DNA from: Amoebophrya sp. A120
Lineage: Eukaryota > Protista > Dinoflagellata
Assembly: GCA_905178155.1 (NCBI GenBank)
Contig: CAJINV010000019.1
Location: 750,475-814,474, forward strand
DNA: 64,000 nt
Reading direction: 5' to 3'
Part shown: piece by piece, positions 1 to 12,742 of the stretch
How positions within the stretch are numbered: the first letter of the stretch is position 1
How the letters are laid out: every line of letters begins with the position of its first letter
Translations under genes and position numbers: made by a program
The notes under the pieces: generated by a model
Seen by the model: the letters and a program-made list of their open reading frames with translations, nothing else
Database searches by the model: none
Told to the model about the DNA's origin: nothing

Positions 1-3000
1 GTCGCCCCCGCGACAGCTTTGTCGGCTGCCGTTGAAGTTGTACCAGTTGCACCAGCTTCCGCTTCGGCATTGGAAGCAATTTCCGATGCGAGTGCTACCT
101 GGAAATAAAATAACGATCGCGAGTAGAGCAACAAAAAGCTGCTGCTCGCGCCGAAAAGTACTTGCGCTGGTGCCCCCTGTCGTGCTGCGGTACTCCTAAA
201 ACCTCCTCGGCCGGCGCCTGCATTGCGCATCGCAGCAGGTGCTGCAGCGCAGGCTGGAGGGGCTGGAAATTTTGACGAGCTTCTGTTTAAGTAATGTTCA
301 TCTGTATTCTCATGATGGTAGTGCTGCCTCTTTCTTGGAAAGATCTTCAAATTTACTGTATTCTCATGGTCGTGCTGTGAAATAAGTCGAAGCACCTCCG
401 TGCTTCCTAAGATTTTTTTTTTTCAAATGAAGCGCGATATTTGATTTTCTTTCATTCTCGGTAGCTGCAGTAAAAGAAGTGCTGCAGTGCTCGTCTTCGT
501 CTTTCCTTTTTGTCATTAAGGAGCGTCACAGGCGACGAGCTAGTACTACGAGCGCGGCAAATTCGCTAGCTGGATGCTGTGTTCAAGTCCAGCCCAGGGT
601 AAGTAGGTCTACTATTGAGCATTCACCTCGGCACTTAAGTCTCTCGCTCTTGCACTAAGTGCATTTCACTCTCAGAATGAATAGAAAGCTACCGCTAGGG
701 TGATGCGCAGACGTCTCTCGACAACCAGTATGAGCTTCGTCCATCGTTTATACTCTGAATGCATGGGCTCTACTCGATGGTAGTCATGTACTTGAGCTAT
801 ACGCATGCATGGCACAGAACTTCTGCTTAACCTTATTTATCGACTTCAGCATGCATATCAATCAAGCTGGAGAAACAGCTTTCCCGGAATAATTGACCAT
901 GACTGTGTTGTGGAATAGTGAATCAGGCAGCCGCTTGCATATCCGTCGCTTCTGGAGGAGGCGTTTTCGCAACCCAGGACACGTCTGGCCGTTCTATGTA
1001 CCTAAGGTTTGATGATTTCTGAAAAGTGAGAAAATTTTTTATGAAATCCGACTCCTTCTGGGACGAGTTCGCGTGAGACTACGCGTGGGTTTGAAGCCCC
1101 AACCATCAGATAATGAAAATGGAAAAACTATGAAAAAAGCAGTACGGGGTCGATTTGAAGAGCGGCACCGGTTCTTTGCTGTCCAACGTTTTGTAGATTC
1201 CGATTTCCCTCGTTACCCTATTGACCACCGGCCCGGTAGACTGTCCAAACTGCACGTGCACTTTCATGCTACTCCGGTCTAGTAGGTGTTTGTTGTCGAT
1301 CAAATCGTCGAGTCTCGTTATCGTCGCGTCGAAGAACGCTTTTGCGTCGGGCCACGTGTAACTGTAGTACCGCGCGTCGAGCATGTATCCCATGAAGCCG
1401 TGCATGCCCTGCTGCTCCGGTTTGAAGCCGCCCAGGTAGAGCCGTATCCCACGAAAAAAGTGTTTCACTGTAAGGATTTTGCCAGTTTTGCATCACAAGT
1501 TCACTCTACATGACAGAGAAAATTTGCCATGCGAGGTTCCTAAGCGAAAACACAGCTAAAATCGATTGTCTTTCATGTGTAGCAAGACAAACACTTCGAA
1601 GATACTGATACATGTTTTGCATTACAAGTTTACAGTGAAACAGTTTTTTCCTGCGGTAGGCCGATCCGTCTCCCTATTGGCCACCATCCGCGGGAACAAA
1701 CCCCCGACGTAGACGGAACCCTTGCTGTAGATATCCCGGTTGGCTTCGGATGTGTCCGCGACAATCTTGTTCCCGATGTACCCATATGCAGTGAAAAAAT
1801 ATCGCACGTGCTAATCGCAATCACGCAAGACAAATCTCTTTCCCAAGCTCAATCAGCTTGAAAAACTCCATTTGTCACGCAGAGCTAAATTTGTATTGCA
1901 AGAAAAAGAATTAAGTAGATTGAGTACTAGCACGGGGACGATACTTTTGCCATTCATAACACAACAGCGCGATCGGGGTAAAAGGAGAAGCCGACCAAGG
2001 TCCACTTGTTGTACCGGATCTGGGCGTGGGCTTTCATCTCTATGCAGGCAGATTCGGGGGTAGTCCAGGAGAGGCGAAGTTGTTGGTTCAGAGTCCCCCA
2101 CTCGTGAACGAAAAAGGCCCAGCCGTTGCTGTCCTGGCCGACGCCGCAGCCGGAGTTTTTCGTGGCGGCTATCGTTTTTATCGACTGGGACTCGACCGGA
2201 AGAGACTCGGCCTGTTTGAATTTGCGTTTGACTTTGAGATTGGTTTCTTTATGCATAATGAAGATGCAGTTCTTGTGCGAATTAGAACTACGGGAATAAA
2301 GGTGTCGCCATTTCTGTGCGAAGAAAAACGCCATCGGACCAAAGCAAGTTACTGTCTTAAATATCTCAGCACCGGTATCTCTGGCAGGTATATCCAGGCG
2401 GAGAAGGTCACCGTATCTGCGTCCTGCGCTTTGAACGACAGTGCTTCTTTCCCGGTTGTGAACGTTCCCATACCAAAGGACGACGCATCTGCTTGCTGCC
2501 CAGGGGCGACGGTGACCATGTCGGTACCGCCCGGCTTTGCAGTGGTGCTGAGCGTTGCATCCGTTACGGTCGTGGCAGGAGCTCCTCCCCCTACTGAAGC
2601 CAAAACAACCCCTGCAGGACTGCTAGGAGGTGCTGCGCCACCAACTGGAGTTACCAGCTGCTCTGTCGCAGAGCTATGTGCTGCTGGTACAACCGTTCCT
2701 GCGTCTGGCACGACAGCATTCGCCGCTGTATTACCACCCGGCGCACCACCAGCTCCTTTCGCAACATATTCCGCAGACCCGGCCCAGTAATTGGGTGCAT
2801 TCGTTGGTGCTGGCGTTTTCTCTCCCAAAATATAGTGTCTGTATCCTTGCGTTTCGGGCGCTTCAGGCCCAATTTGCTGTGGTGAGGAAACTGCAGATGA
2901 TGCTGATGAGGTCCCTTCAGAATTGGAAGAGCCGGCACTGCCGCCGAGGAGAGATGTTGTTCTAGGATTATTGTTATTGTTAGCCAAAATCTCGGGCGGG

Positions 3001-3308
3001 GTATCCACCCCGTTTGCACCGCCAGTTCCTCCACCGCCACTGCCCGGTATCCCGCCGGTGTAGGATAAACTCGGCAAGCCAAAGACTTTGACGTCCTTGT
3101 AACTCTCCGCGTCGCGGAGGGTTTGAATCAAAAGGTAGTTGTAGAGGGAGATGGTTAACAGCGCGGAACAGGAGATGAGCAGTATGAACGTCTGGACCAG
3201 AAATTTGAAAGAACATGCGCCTGAATTTGGGCTGTTAAAAATCCCACCATTGAAAGAACCCGGGTTGAGGTCAATCGCGCCCCCCAAAGACGGAAGGTGG
3301 CGCGACAT
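1..3308 (-). CDS. Type II membrane protein with LamG/concanavalin-A-like domain; probable tandem paralog of the neighbouring GH47 gene; probably continues beyond the window start (multi-exon)
   Basis: N-terminal TM (FLVQTFILLISCSALLTISLYNYLLI). LamG-like motifs TVTFSAWIYLP, KWTLVGFSF, RLYLGGF. GT-AG intron 2212-2372 and introners at 1785 and 1445 restore the frame. Segment KWTLVGFSFYPDRAVVYIGNKIVADTSEANR resembles QWVRVGFRMDRHVAIFIEKEIVADTATANR in the neighbouring gene. Confidence 0.6.
1445..1658. mobile_element. Introner, TIR family H1
   Basis: TIR tatcccacgaaaaaagtgtttcactgtaa / ttacagtgaaacagttttttcctgcggta. Flanks agccg/ggccg. Removing element+5 nt joins RETDR to LYLGGF. Confidence 0.85.
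1785..1958. mobile_element. Introner, family B (diverged)
   Basis: Ends tatgcagtgaaaaaatatcgcac / gatacttttgccattcata. Flanks accca/acaca. Removal gives RAVVYIGNK. Confidence 0.75.
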
Positions 3309-4271
3309 GGCTGATGTGCTGGGCAGTGATCGCTGGAGGTAACAATGACGAGCACGACCGTGCCTCTACAGCTTGGGACGTCTGCGGGAAGGTCCTATGT
3401 TCTTGTTGAGACGTGGGCAGCGCCGCGGCCGGCACCTGTTGTAGCTCCTTGTAATATTTTCACCAGAGCACCACGCAGTCGCACGCCGTCACCGCCGCCG
3501 ACAGGTGGCACGTGGCGGACAGATGGCCGAGGTGTGGTGGTTTTCAGTTTCATCGTCTTGTTCCCACGATCGTGAATGGTTCTTGCGATCTTCGCAGCTG
3601 ATCGAAAGATAGACGGTGGCCCTCATGCACACCTGTTGCTGCATCAGCGGCCGGGAAATAACGAGAGCCGTGGCAAACGTAGTCCTAGTTTCACACAAGA
3701 ACGGCACTTGAAGAACGGAGAAGCGCCATGATCCAACCACCTTTACTAGTGCGCAAAGACAAGGCAAAACAGGTGACGGTTACATCTTTCTCGAGAATTT
3801 TCGTTAGTTCGTTTACATTTTGAAAAGTTCGGGCAAAGTAGCCCTGCATGCAGAAATCAGAAAAAAAAACTTACCGATGTTTTTTGGCTGGTAGCGCTTC
3901 TCTCTAGTAATCCTTGTAGGATATTGGAGCAAGTAGAGGATATTTCAAAATTTGCAAAGAAACAACTGTTAGACGTCCAGAATGAGTAGAACTTCTGTGT
4001 CGCAGCAGCAAGAAAAAAATAATGAACCAGATAATCAGAGACGTCTTGCAGCAGCAGTCCCAAAACACAGTCAATATTTGCACGAACAGCACATCAAAAA
4101 TACGAAGGATTTTCTATTGCGCAACCGGTACTACAAGCGAACTCAGCGTCAAATGATTGAAGTTCTTGCGTCGTGGTAAAAAATAGTAGAGCGGCAGCGC
4201 TATTGTCGTCTCTATCATCCCTGACAATGCACGTGCAAGTCCAGCATACGTCTGGACACCAGCTGCTAGTG

Positions 4272-7200
4272 CTATCGCCCCCCAGCACCACCTCCATTAC
4301 CATTTCCCGCAGATGAAGCCGCCACCAGTCCCGGCCGGAACCGCTTTATCGGGTGACCCTCCGTGTTGAAGACGAAGTTTTCCAGGGACAAAATCGACTC
4401 CCCAGCGTCCTTTTGGAAGAGCAAGTACAGGTATTTCAAGGTTTCCGCCGTAAAATAGGATTCCTGTTTGTCCATGATTCTCGGCTTGAAGAACAGATGC
4501 CCAGCTTTCGGATGGTTCTTCTCCGGGTTTTTCCACGTCACCGAACTGTACTATGGGACTCTCAAGCGTTACATTCTCGACTGTTACATGATTTGCCATG
4601 CAAAACTAGCACTATCATCTACACGATCAAGCTGTTCTGCGTGACAAATTCTGGAAGGGCCGAGCAGGCAGATATCTGTCATGCAAGACGCGCAATGCCC
4701 CCCTTTCACTTTTCCCATTCTTGCGTCACAAATCCATGGAACAGTTGAGACTGTAACAGTTGAGAACGCCATATGTACCCGAACTGCGTCTTCGTGTGCA
4801 TCTCGATCGCGCGGAAGATTTCGTAGCCGTACTCCTGAAACTTTTTGTCGCGGGTGTAGTAGTTATGCAATGCAAAAGCATCGCACTAGTATAAATTGCA
4901 TTACAAATTTTCTCAGCATGAGAAATGGAATTTCTAATGCGGATTTAGCTTGAGAAGGAAATTTGTAATGCATGCATGCGATTACTATGAGTACGATACT
5001 TTTGCAATGCATAGTAGTACATGTAGTACAGCGATTCCACCACTTCGGGCCGTAGATGGAACACCTTGTCTTCCTGGTCGCAATACGTTAACTTTTTCTC
5101 GCTCAAATCCCGCTTCAGCCGAAACCTCGTCGCTTCACACGCCAACCCGAAATAGGTCCGCTTGTACATGTTGACGCACGTATCCATTAACTGATAAGCC
5201 GTTTCCACCCAGCCATCGTCCCTTATCGTGACGGGCAGCTCGTAATACCCTAATACCAGCATCCCCGGGACGAAGCAGGACAGGTGTTCCATCCGGTTAA
5301 TTAAATTTCCCGACTTCGCCTCCCTTAAAAAGATGTTGTCGTCGTGGGGCGGAAAGCCCTGGATCAGCATTCGCTGCGACAGACTGTACATAGCGGTGCG
5401 CCACTCTAGGGGGTTATGCATTGCAAAAGTATCGTATGCAGTGGAAATTGCATTACAAAATTTTCAGAAAGAGAAATGATATTTGTCATGCATATTCAGG
5501 TAAGAAACTGGATCTGTGTCTGTCATGCAGTATTGCAATTAGTACGCGTGCGTCGATGCCTTTGCAATGCATACAGGTTTTGCTTCGTGGATTCTAATTC
5601 CGATTTGATCTTCTGCTTCAGTTGCTGTTTCGCCGACTCGGAAAGTTCCTCCGGAAGATTGGTGTTCTGTTGATCCGTTGTTTCTATGCCTTTCTCCTTG
5701 TTCAATTTCTCCCGAATCGCCAAGTGCTCCTTCTGCATTTTAATGTTTTCGATGTTTTTCATGCTGTGCATTCTGTCGTCGGTTATTTTACTCGCAAGGT
5801 TGTCGGATTTCCGGAACTGATTCCTCATTAACTCCTTCTCCTGTTTGTTCGTTCCGCCGAGCAGTTCCGGCGGGTAGGTCTGCGGCGCTTTCTCCCGGGA
5901 CAGGGGCGGGTTGGTTTCGGAGCCGGGTGGCAGGGTCTCCTCCGGGTCTTCGGTTGGAGGGGGTTTATGTGGCACCTTGTTTGTTCCCTGTAGGGGTGCG
6001 GGGGTCTGTGCTTCGGAAGAAGAAGACGCAGGCTCTCTTGCATGATTTTCTTTTTCTTCGACTGCTGGTACTGGTGGTAGTGTGGATGGCGGTTCCGAGG
6101 TCGTTGCTACTTCGGCAAAGCTGCTGGGGGCCGGGTCCTCAGCGGGAATAGGTGGTGGTGCTGGTGCAGATGCTGCGAGAGCCGCGGATGCGGGAGCTAT
6201 AGACGTAGCCGCAGAGGCGACTGCAGGTGGTGCGAGCGCGGCATTGGCTGCGAAAGCAGCTGCTGGCACTGCCGAAGTTGCCGTCGAAAGAGGTAGTGCT
6301 GTTTCCGTGACAGTAGCACTAGTACTAGCTGGTGCGGATTTACTAGCAGGTACAGCTACTTCTGGAGCTGCACTCGTGTCAACTGCAGCACCTGGTACCG
6401 CTGCGGCAAACGTTGTTGCGACCACGACATCTTCTGAAGGAGATGAAGACACACCAGCAGGCACAGCAGGTTCGCCACTACTACCTGCCGGAAGCAACTC
6501 TGCCAACCTTCTTGTTGCTGGCTTCTTGCCCGTATTCTCGTCTATTCTCAACGGCGGAGGTGTTGAACCTGTTGAACCTAAAGCCGTTGGTTTCTCAAGA
6601 GCAGATGGAAATCCATTCACAATTTCCTTCTCCAACCTCCTTACCATTTCATCCCTCCCGATTCCCCAGCCCGCTTCCTTCAGCGGGTCCCTGAATTTCT
6701 CCCGTTTTCGCCCAATGTCCCGTCCCTCCGCGCAGAGTGCATCCCGTTCCGCAGGAGAAAGGGAAGCGATAGCGGTCGCGTTCTTACTACCAGTACTAGC
6801 AGTCGACTTGGTCGTCATTTTCGCAGACGCAGTTGTACCGCTACACCCCTCCCGATAGATGTTGTGCATCCAGAGGTGTGTCTTCAGCAAGTACTCGTAA
6901 AACGAATCCGCACCGGAACCGAAGGAGTAATCCGAGCTGACAATCACGCCCGAACTCGGGTCCACGAAGTTCGGCAACAGCCCGTGCACCTGCCGCATGA
7001 GAACTTTCGGATCTACCAAAAGCATCTGCTGCCGGTCCACCAGCTCCTGGTACCGGGGATTTTTCAACGCGTAGGAGAGAAACCGCCATTCCAACTGCCA
7101 AGTGCCGACTTCAGACAAGACAAAGTGCTGCGTCCACTCGTGGCGTCGGCTTTTCCGCTGTTTCAGATTGATTTCCGGGAGGATCATGATCCCGGAGGTG

Positions 7201-10200
7201 GGGTCGTCGTCAAGGGAGATTTTCTTATTAGAAGATGATCCTGGCTTCTTCCCATTTGCCACTTCAAACATTTTTGACTCGATCATCAGATCTGCGAATT
7301 CCCTGGCTTTGCTAATTAAAATTTGCTTCTGCTCTATCCAGGAAAAAAACTGTGTAAGTGTAAGTTTCTTGCAGGAATAGCATCACAAGTTTCCTCTGCA
7401 TGACACAGAAAACCTGTCATGCGTAGCTAGTACGTGAAAACACGCACGAAAATTGCCTCTGATGCATGTCCAGCATGACAACTGTAAACAGTTTTGCATT
7501 TTCTGCAACACTAATTTACACTTACACAGTTTTTTTCTTGGATATGCTCCCCCGCTTTTTTCAAATTCTCCACGTCGTGCTGTTTCCGTTCGTACCAAGT
7601 GCAAAAGTGTCTGGGTCTGGAAGAATGCAACTTGTGGTGCTGCGTTTGGATTCCAAAAACATTTGTATTGCATGAGTCCCAAAGGGAATGCAGTTTTTGC
7701 TACGCTGAGAAGGCATTTGTCATGCAGAATAGGCATCAAGAAGCCCTCAGAAAATCTGTATTGCTACGGTATGCATCACAGACATCATGGCTCATGCAAA
7801 ACGTGCATGACAAGTGTCAGAATCTTCCAGACCCAGACATTTTTACAGTTGATAGTTCGTTGCTCAATCCCTTCTCCTCGTCAAGCTCCAACAAGCTGTA
7901 CGCCCCTAAGAGCCCGCCAATCACGCGGATGTTGAGTTCAAAAGAACTGACGAAGTTGTCCTTCGCTTCTTCCAAAATGTTCAGCTGCTGAACCCAATTC
8001 TTCACCGCGTCGTCGAATTCTTTCCGCATCCCCATCAACAGCATCGTGTCCAGGGATTCAAACACCATCACCCCGACGCCCGCCCAGTTAAACGGGTTGC
8101 CGGTCAACGGCTGGATTTCGTCATTTCCAAAGGTTTTCTGTTTGTAATTTTGCCACACGAATTATGGGAGTGTCAGGATTGAAATCGTCAAAGTTGAAAT
8201 AATTTGTCATGCATAAAACCGATAACAGTCGGAAGCCCACTTATCAAGCGGCGCATGACAAATTTTCCGAGAACTGGAAATCAATTTGTCATGCTGTTTG
8301 GGGACAGAGGACTGCTTTTGTCATGCTACTTTAGCAGCTCTATCCCAAACCCCAAACAGGCCGACAACCGGCCTCACTTGCAATCCCTGCAACACAGTCA
8401 CTTCGTGCCTTGCATTTTATGCATCACAGATGATTTCAACTTTGTCGATTTCAATCCTGACGTTTCCATACGAAACGCATCGCTTGTTTCACCTCTTCCT
8501 GCCACTTCTCCGGCTCGTGGACACTGATCGGCGCCTTCATATGAAATGCAAAAGTGTCTGGGTCTGGAAGAATGCTGCAACTTGTCATGCTAAATCTGAA
8601 GCATGCAAAAATCTGTGTTGCATGACTACCAAAAGTCGTCCAGTTTTGACCAAGTCGGGAGGGAGTTTCCCATGCAGGATAGGCATGAGAGAGATCGCGC
8701 AGAATCTGTCATTCTAGGTCCTGCATTCCAGACCTCATGGGTCATGGAAAAGCTGCATGACAAGTCGCGCACTCTTCCAGACCCAGACATTTTTACATTT
8801 GATACTTCACCGGGTTCAGCATTTCCTCCGGGACGCCCTTCTCTTTCAGCTTGATTTTCTCCTGCTCCGGGATATCAAAGTAGTTTTTCCGGTTCGGGTC
8901 GAGGTGGATATTCCGGAGCTTTTCGATCGGCGCAACCGTCTCTTCACCGGGAAGGAGGTCTTTCCGCGTGTTGAACTCTTCATCAGCGGTGGGCTGGGGG
9001 CTGGGGTTATAGGATTTTGAAAAAATATGAGATGGACAAATGCACGTGAAGCTAAAAATGCGAAACGCAGTGGTCTCACTGACTTCACTATGACATTGTG
9101 TATGTGCATTACAGAGTGGCAGAGTGGCAAAGCAAGCACGGCGACGATCACACCGGGGAGGCATCAGTGACAATTTTGCCAAGGCATCACGCAACTGAGA
9201 AGAGATACGGACGGGCGCATTTTTTACATGACAAAGAAGAAAAGTGATGCGCACCCGTTCCGAAAATGTTGAAAGTTCAAAAATGAAAGCAAACCCACAC
9301 TGAAATTTCTGAAAGAAAAGGAAAGAAAGAAATTGCTACCCTAACTCAATCCGATGCGAGAAAAAGAGACTTCTTTATAGTGAAACAGCTGCAGGCCGCA
9401 TACTAGTAGGTCTTAGACTTTCTAAGGTTTAGGTCGACGCTCAAGGCCCTAAGAGTAGAACTACTGCGCTAAGAAATAAAGAAGAACGACGGAGCTGCTG
9501 GATTTTTGTTTTTTCCCCCATACTGAGTGGAGCGTGTTCACCCTTGTAGTAATTACAACTTCCGATCGAAAAACAAACTGGGGCCTAAGTACCGGTGTAT
9601 ATTCCTCTTCGCATGCGCTTCCCGCATCAAAGCTGCGTTGTGCTGCGCCAACTCCCCAAGCACCGCGTCTTGCATCTCGTGCTCGTATTTGAACGCACCA
9701 TTTTCCGGCTTTTGCTTCTTCTCCGCCGAGATCCGCTCTTCGGAGATCCCGTGCTTTTTCTGTCCGTTCAGCAAATCTTCCGACTCCAACTCATCTTTCA
9801 CTACACCATTCAACCCGTTCGCCGGCACCACCCCGAACGGATCGCTGTTCTCCGCTGTCTTCGGTGGAAAAGTCCGAATATCCTTCAAGTTCACCGGCTT
9901 CCGGTTCTTCGAGCCCTCGAAATAGTTGTCCATCGCCGGGGCGGGGGTCGTCGTCACTCGTTTGTTGAAGGACAAAGTTCCGTCGTGGTTTTTGCTGAGC
10001 GCTTTGTAGCTTTTCTCGAACTGGTCGTGGTCCCGGAAAAGGTTCGCCATGTTCTTCTCGATCGCGTGCTTTGGCTTGAACGATTTGGACTTTTGTTTGT
10101 CCTTTTGTCTTTTACCCAATTCTAGGAGAATCTTCTTGATCAAGATCTGCATGTTTTCCTGCGCGGACTTCGGCTGTTGAGAAGCTGCTCCGAATAAAGC

Positions 10201-12742
10201 GTTCTCGTGGTGCGAGTGCAAAGGGTCGTGGTCGCCCAGTGACTGGTCTGCTCCACCTTGTTCAGCGGCCGTTGGGTAGTAGCTGCTGTCCTGTTCTCGT
10301 GGCCGGTAACTATCGTCCAGCCTGACATTGACGTATTTCTGCAAGACCAACTGATCCCTGGTCGTTACTTCCTGCCCTTTCGTCAAGGGGCTCGCACCCC
10401 CCACCCCGCGCGTGAACTCCAACGGCTGCGCGACTTCGAAGAGTTCGACTTGGTCAACATCTGATTTAAACGCGATGTTTTTCAAAACGCCCTTCTCTAA
10501 CCGCACTACCTCCTTGTCGTAGACGGAAATGGTGAAATCTGCGATAAACCCCAAAAAGAACGAGCCCCCGAGCCTGCTCCCGCCGATGTAAGTCCCTCGC
10601 CCGAGATGCCGCGTCGCCATGTCGGACAGGAGTTTCTGGCTGTTTTTGGGTTTGATCGGTCTTTTGAACCGGTTCTCGACGAAGATTTTACCCCGATTCG
10701 CGGTCGCAGTGTCCGCGACGATCTCTTTCTCGATGAAAATCGCGACGTGTCGGTCCATTCTGAACCCAACCCGAACCCACTGGTCCAGCGGTAACGCGAA
10801 CGAGCTTGCGAGCTCCGTGCAGGCCGACCTTTGCGTGGACCAGTTGAGAAAGAGACGGACCTCCGGCGGATCGAGAGGTGGAGCGGATCCGGATATTGGT
10901 GGGGTAGAATATGCTGGAATTGAATCGCCGCCAGTGCCACCTTGTGAGGACGTCGAAGTTACTTTCGGTTGCGGATCGTGGCCCTCCCGTTTCCCATCAT
11001 CCGTGTGGTCTTTCTGATACTCGTCCCGTATCCGCTGCGCGGTCCGCTCTCGGTCCGCCGCCGTCGCGTAGTATTACCGTGAAAAATGCCCCCACCCCCA
11101 AAGTTGGAATAATTTGTGATGCGAAGTTTCCAAGTGAAGACTTTTTGTCATGCATGAAAGGAATATGAATCTTTGTGATGCAGAGTCTAGGCGTATATAG
11201 CGTTGCTAGCTTGCATGACAAGCGCCGCGCTTGCTGGGATCTGTCGCAATACAAATCTTCGCTATTCACGATAACCAATCTGTGATGCTGCTAGATGCAA
11301 GAGGGCGAGTGTTTCTGTTGGAAAGGTTTGCAATACAAATGCCCCCAAGTTCGGGGGTGGGGGCGTTTTTCATTGTGATACGTAGCCGCGGAGATTTTTG
11401 CTCCGCGTCGCGACCGACTGCAGCTCGTCGGAGGGGCGCGCAGGTGGATCGTTGTTATCATTTTGATGGCCATGTAAGGAAGCTGATGAAGATGACTTCG
11501 AGGACGGCGCTCTCGTATGATCTTGCCGGTTTTTGTTTCGACTGCTGTTGGCGTACTGTTTGTCTGTTGTACTCTTGCTCCTGCTTTTCTTCTCCCCGCC
11601 GCGGACAAGCACGCTTGCTTTGGATGAGTCCTCTGTGTCCTCTTCCCCCAGAAGTTGTCGCCTTCCGTTCCTTCCCCCACTTTGCACATGGTCGCGCAAC
11701 CGTATTACCTTCCCGCGTTCATGGGAGTAGATGCCGAAAAACCAGCCCGGCCGCTTTTCGTGGTCGCTGCCGCGGGTGCAGGATCCGAGCTTGTTGCTCG
11801 CGATCGGCATGCCCTTGGAGAGCAAATCCAGGCCGATTTTGCTGTTCAGCAGCTCCGAGCTCACGTAAATGTATGCGCCCACCTTCAGATCCGCGCCGTC
11901 GTAGGTTTTCGTGGAGAAAATGTAGTTATCTCCGTAGTATCATGTGCAAAAGTATCGTACTCGTAGCAATTGCAAATATGCATCTTCTTCCTAAGGTAGA
12001 ACAGCATTACAAATTTTATTTCTCATGCTGAGGAAATTTGAATTTGTGATGCAGTTTGTGCTAGAGCTAGTGCGACTGCGATGTTGCTTTTGCATTGCAT
12101 ACGTAGAAAGCGAACGTTTCCGCTTGAAGGTTCAAGGTTTGCAGAAACTCCCCGCGTGCGTGGTTGTTTTCGTAGCCAGCGGTGGGAACGAGGGTGAGAG
12201 CATGTGACGGATCAACACTGCTTCCTGAGCCGGATCCACTATGTCGTCCCCCTGGCAGAAGTCCGTAGAAAGTCTCATAGTCATCCGAGTTGATGTTCTT
12301 GGAATTTGTGGTCCCGCCTTTTAATGCACCACTTCTGCCTCCCCCTCCTCCCGCTGCTCCGCCTGCTAGTACCTCGTCGGCTCCTCCTTCGCCAGACGTG
12401 GCTTCCAAATGGTCCAAATTGATCAAGTTGCTGCCATCGGACAGCTCCCCCGCGGTGCGCCACAGGTCCAAAAGGTAGTAGGCCCAGAGTGTCACCACAC
12501 AGCTCACTATGAACTGCAAAAGCATCGTATTCGTATAAATGCATTACAAATTTGCTCAGCATGAGAACTAAATAAATTTGTAATGCTGATTAACGTTAAG
12601 AAAAATATTTGTAACGCAAGACTTGCATTTATACGAGTACGATACTTTTGCACAGGATACACACCACGGCGGCGTAGGTGGTGCGCATGGTACGCCAGGG
12701 CTGGCGCAGGATGGCGCCAAGAGTATCCAGGAGAACCTTCAT
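4272..12742 (-). CDS. Glycoside hydrolase family 47 alpha-1,2-mannosidase with N-terminal TM anchor, LamG-like domain and a large low-complexity insertion (multi-exon, 10 introners)
   Basis: GH47 motifs: VKQAMRFVWQNYK, FGNDEIQP, FESLDTMLLMG, FELNIRVIGGLLGAY, SEVGTWQLEW, GSGADSFYEYLLK, EHLSCFVPG, LRPEVVESLYY, ESYFTAETLKYLYLLF, NTEGHP. Start (MKVLLDTL) inferred. Confidence 0.9.
4552..4773. mobile_element. Introner, family C
   Basis: TIR tatgggactctcaagcgttacattctcgactgtt / aacagttgagactgtaacagttgagaacgccata. Perfect 5-bp DR tgtac. Removal gives KTQFGYSSVTW. Confidence 0.9.
4864..5013. mobile_element. Introner, family B
   Basis: TIR tatgcaatgcaaaagcatcgcact / agtacgatacttttgcaatgcata. DR gtagt. 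Removal gives LYYMYYYTRDKKFQEYGYEIF (GH47 helix). Confidence 0.92.
5415..5573. mobile_element. Introner, family B
   Basis: TIR tatgcattgcaaaagtatcg / cgatgcctttgcaatgcata. Flanks ggggt/caggt. Element+5 removal joins ORF 5523-7286 to ORF 4945-5421 in frame. Confidence 0.85.
7335..7544. mobile_element. Introner, family H2
   Basis: TIR tatccaggaaaaaaactgtgtaagtgtaa / ttacacttacacagttttttttcttggata. DR tgctc. Removal gives KKAGEQKQILISKAREFAD. Confidence 0.9.
7593..7854. mobile_element. Introner, family A
   Basis: TIR taccaagtgcaaaagtgtctgggtctggaag / cttccagacccagacatttttacagttgata. DR gttcg. Confidence 0.92.
8163..8470. mobile_element. Introner, family D
   Basis: TIR tatgggagtgtcaggattgaaatcgtcaaagttgaaat / atttcaactttgtcgatttcaatcctgacgtttccata. 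Flanks cgaat/cgaaa. Removal gives VKQAMRFVWQNYK. Confidence 0.92.
8540..8804. mobile_element. Introner, family A
   Basis: TIR tatgaaatgcaaaagtgtctgggtctggaag / cttccagacccagacatttttacatttgata. DR cttca. Interior closely similar to the copy at 20068. Confidence 0.92.
11072..11380. mobile_element. Introner, family F
   Basis: TIR tattaccgtgaaaaatgcccccaccccc / gggggtgggggcgtttttcattgtgata. DR cgtag. 314-nt removal puts ORF 11370-11882 in frame with ORF 9553-10758. Confidence 0.9.
11938..12101. mobile_element. Introner, family B (reverse orientation)
   Basis: Ends tatcatgtgcaaaagtatcgtactcgta / gcttttgcattgcata. DR cgtag. Removal gives ETFAFYGDNYIF. Confidence 0.88.
12508..12659. mobile_element. 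Introner, family B
   Basis: TIR tatgaactgcaaaagcatcgtattcgtataaatgca / tgcatttatacgagtacgatacttttgcacaggata. Flanks ctcac/cacac. Lies within the TM-coding segment. Confidence 0.88.

Noticed and set aside
6082-6858. Long plus-strand ORFs (also 2026-2790, 42880-43413)
   Set aside because: Antisense shadows of low-complexity minus-strand exons.
7453-8854. Recurrent short ORF peptides such as CKSVWVWK, FQTQTFL and PDPDIF as a protein family
   Set aside because: They are translations of the family A TIR in different frames, not genes.
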